The position numbers were made by a program, and so were the translations under genes. DNA of 64,000 nucleotides from an uncultured bacterium (GTDB lineage: Bacteria > Verrucomicrobiota > Verrucomicrobiia > Limisphaerales > UBA8199), in assembly GCA_963749495.1 (NCBI GenBank), contig CAVVMW010000015.1, positions 32,001 through 96,000 on the forward strand, given 5' to 3'. A model generated the notes under the pieces. That model was not told the DNA's origin and searched no databases. It saw nothing but the letters and a program-made list of their open reading frames with translations. The stretch's first letter is position 1. The number at the start of each line of letters is the position of its first letter. Shown piece by piece: positions 63,861 through 64,000 of this stretch.

Positions 63861-64000
63861 ATGCTTTTACGAGACCGGCTGACCACCGCGCCGAAAGCGG
63901 CGGCACTGACCGGGCTGTTGTTGGCGGCAATGACCGCCTGCCAGCACACCCCGACTTCGCCGCCGCAGCCGCCGCCCGCCCCGCCACCCAAGGTGGTTTT
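63861..64000 (+). CDS. Lipoprotein, partial (runs off the window end)
   Basis: MLLRDRLTTAPKAAALTGLLLAAMTA-C then a Pro-rich linker. Confidence 0.6.
   Translation, partial: MLLRDRLTTAPKAAALTGLLLAAMTACQHTPTSPPQPPPAPPPKVV

Overview
GC-rich bacterial chromosomal window, probably Verrucomicrobiota (Pedosphaera/Limisphaera-like). This is inferred from the TN-rich secreted proteins, their C-terminal motifs and the repeat families. About ten genes carry single-base frameshifts, which looks like long-read assembly error. Core genes are mnmE, topB, xerC, rpsU, pncA and a ferredoxin. Carbohydrate genes include GH127, GH51, araB, araD, galM, an SSS transporter, a KdgK-like kinase, a nucleoside-hydrolase/double-sialidase fusion and only a 3' fragment of an arabinose isomerase. 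An accessory block (about 7.5-28.4 kb) is largely bracketed by two copies of an amidase gene. It contains a LamG protein, a large RHS protein with an extra jelly-roll domain inside its core, two candidate immunity lipoproteins, a RAYT-like HUH transposase with its own terminal inverted repeats, matching MITEs that mark rearrangement breakpoints, and a tandem IS pair inserted in a REP element. A divergent gene pair mirrors hydrazine synthase architecture (HzsA-like and fused HzsB/C-like). Intergenic DNA is dense with nested REP/REPIN/MITE elements and with 7- and 9-nt tandem arrays that show a consistent strand polarity. No rRNA, tRNA or CRISPR array was seen.
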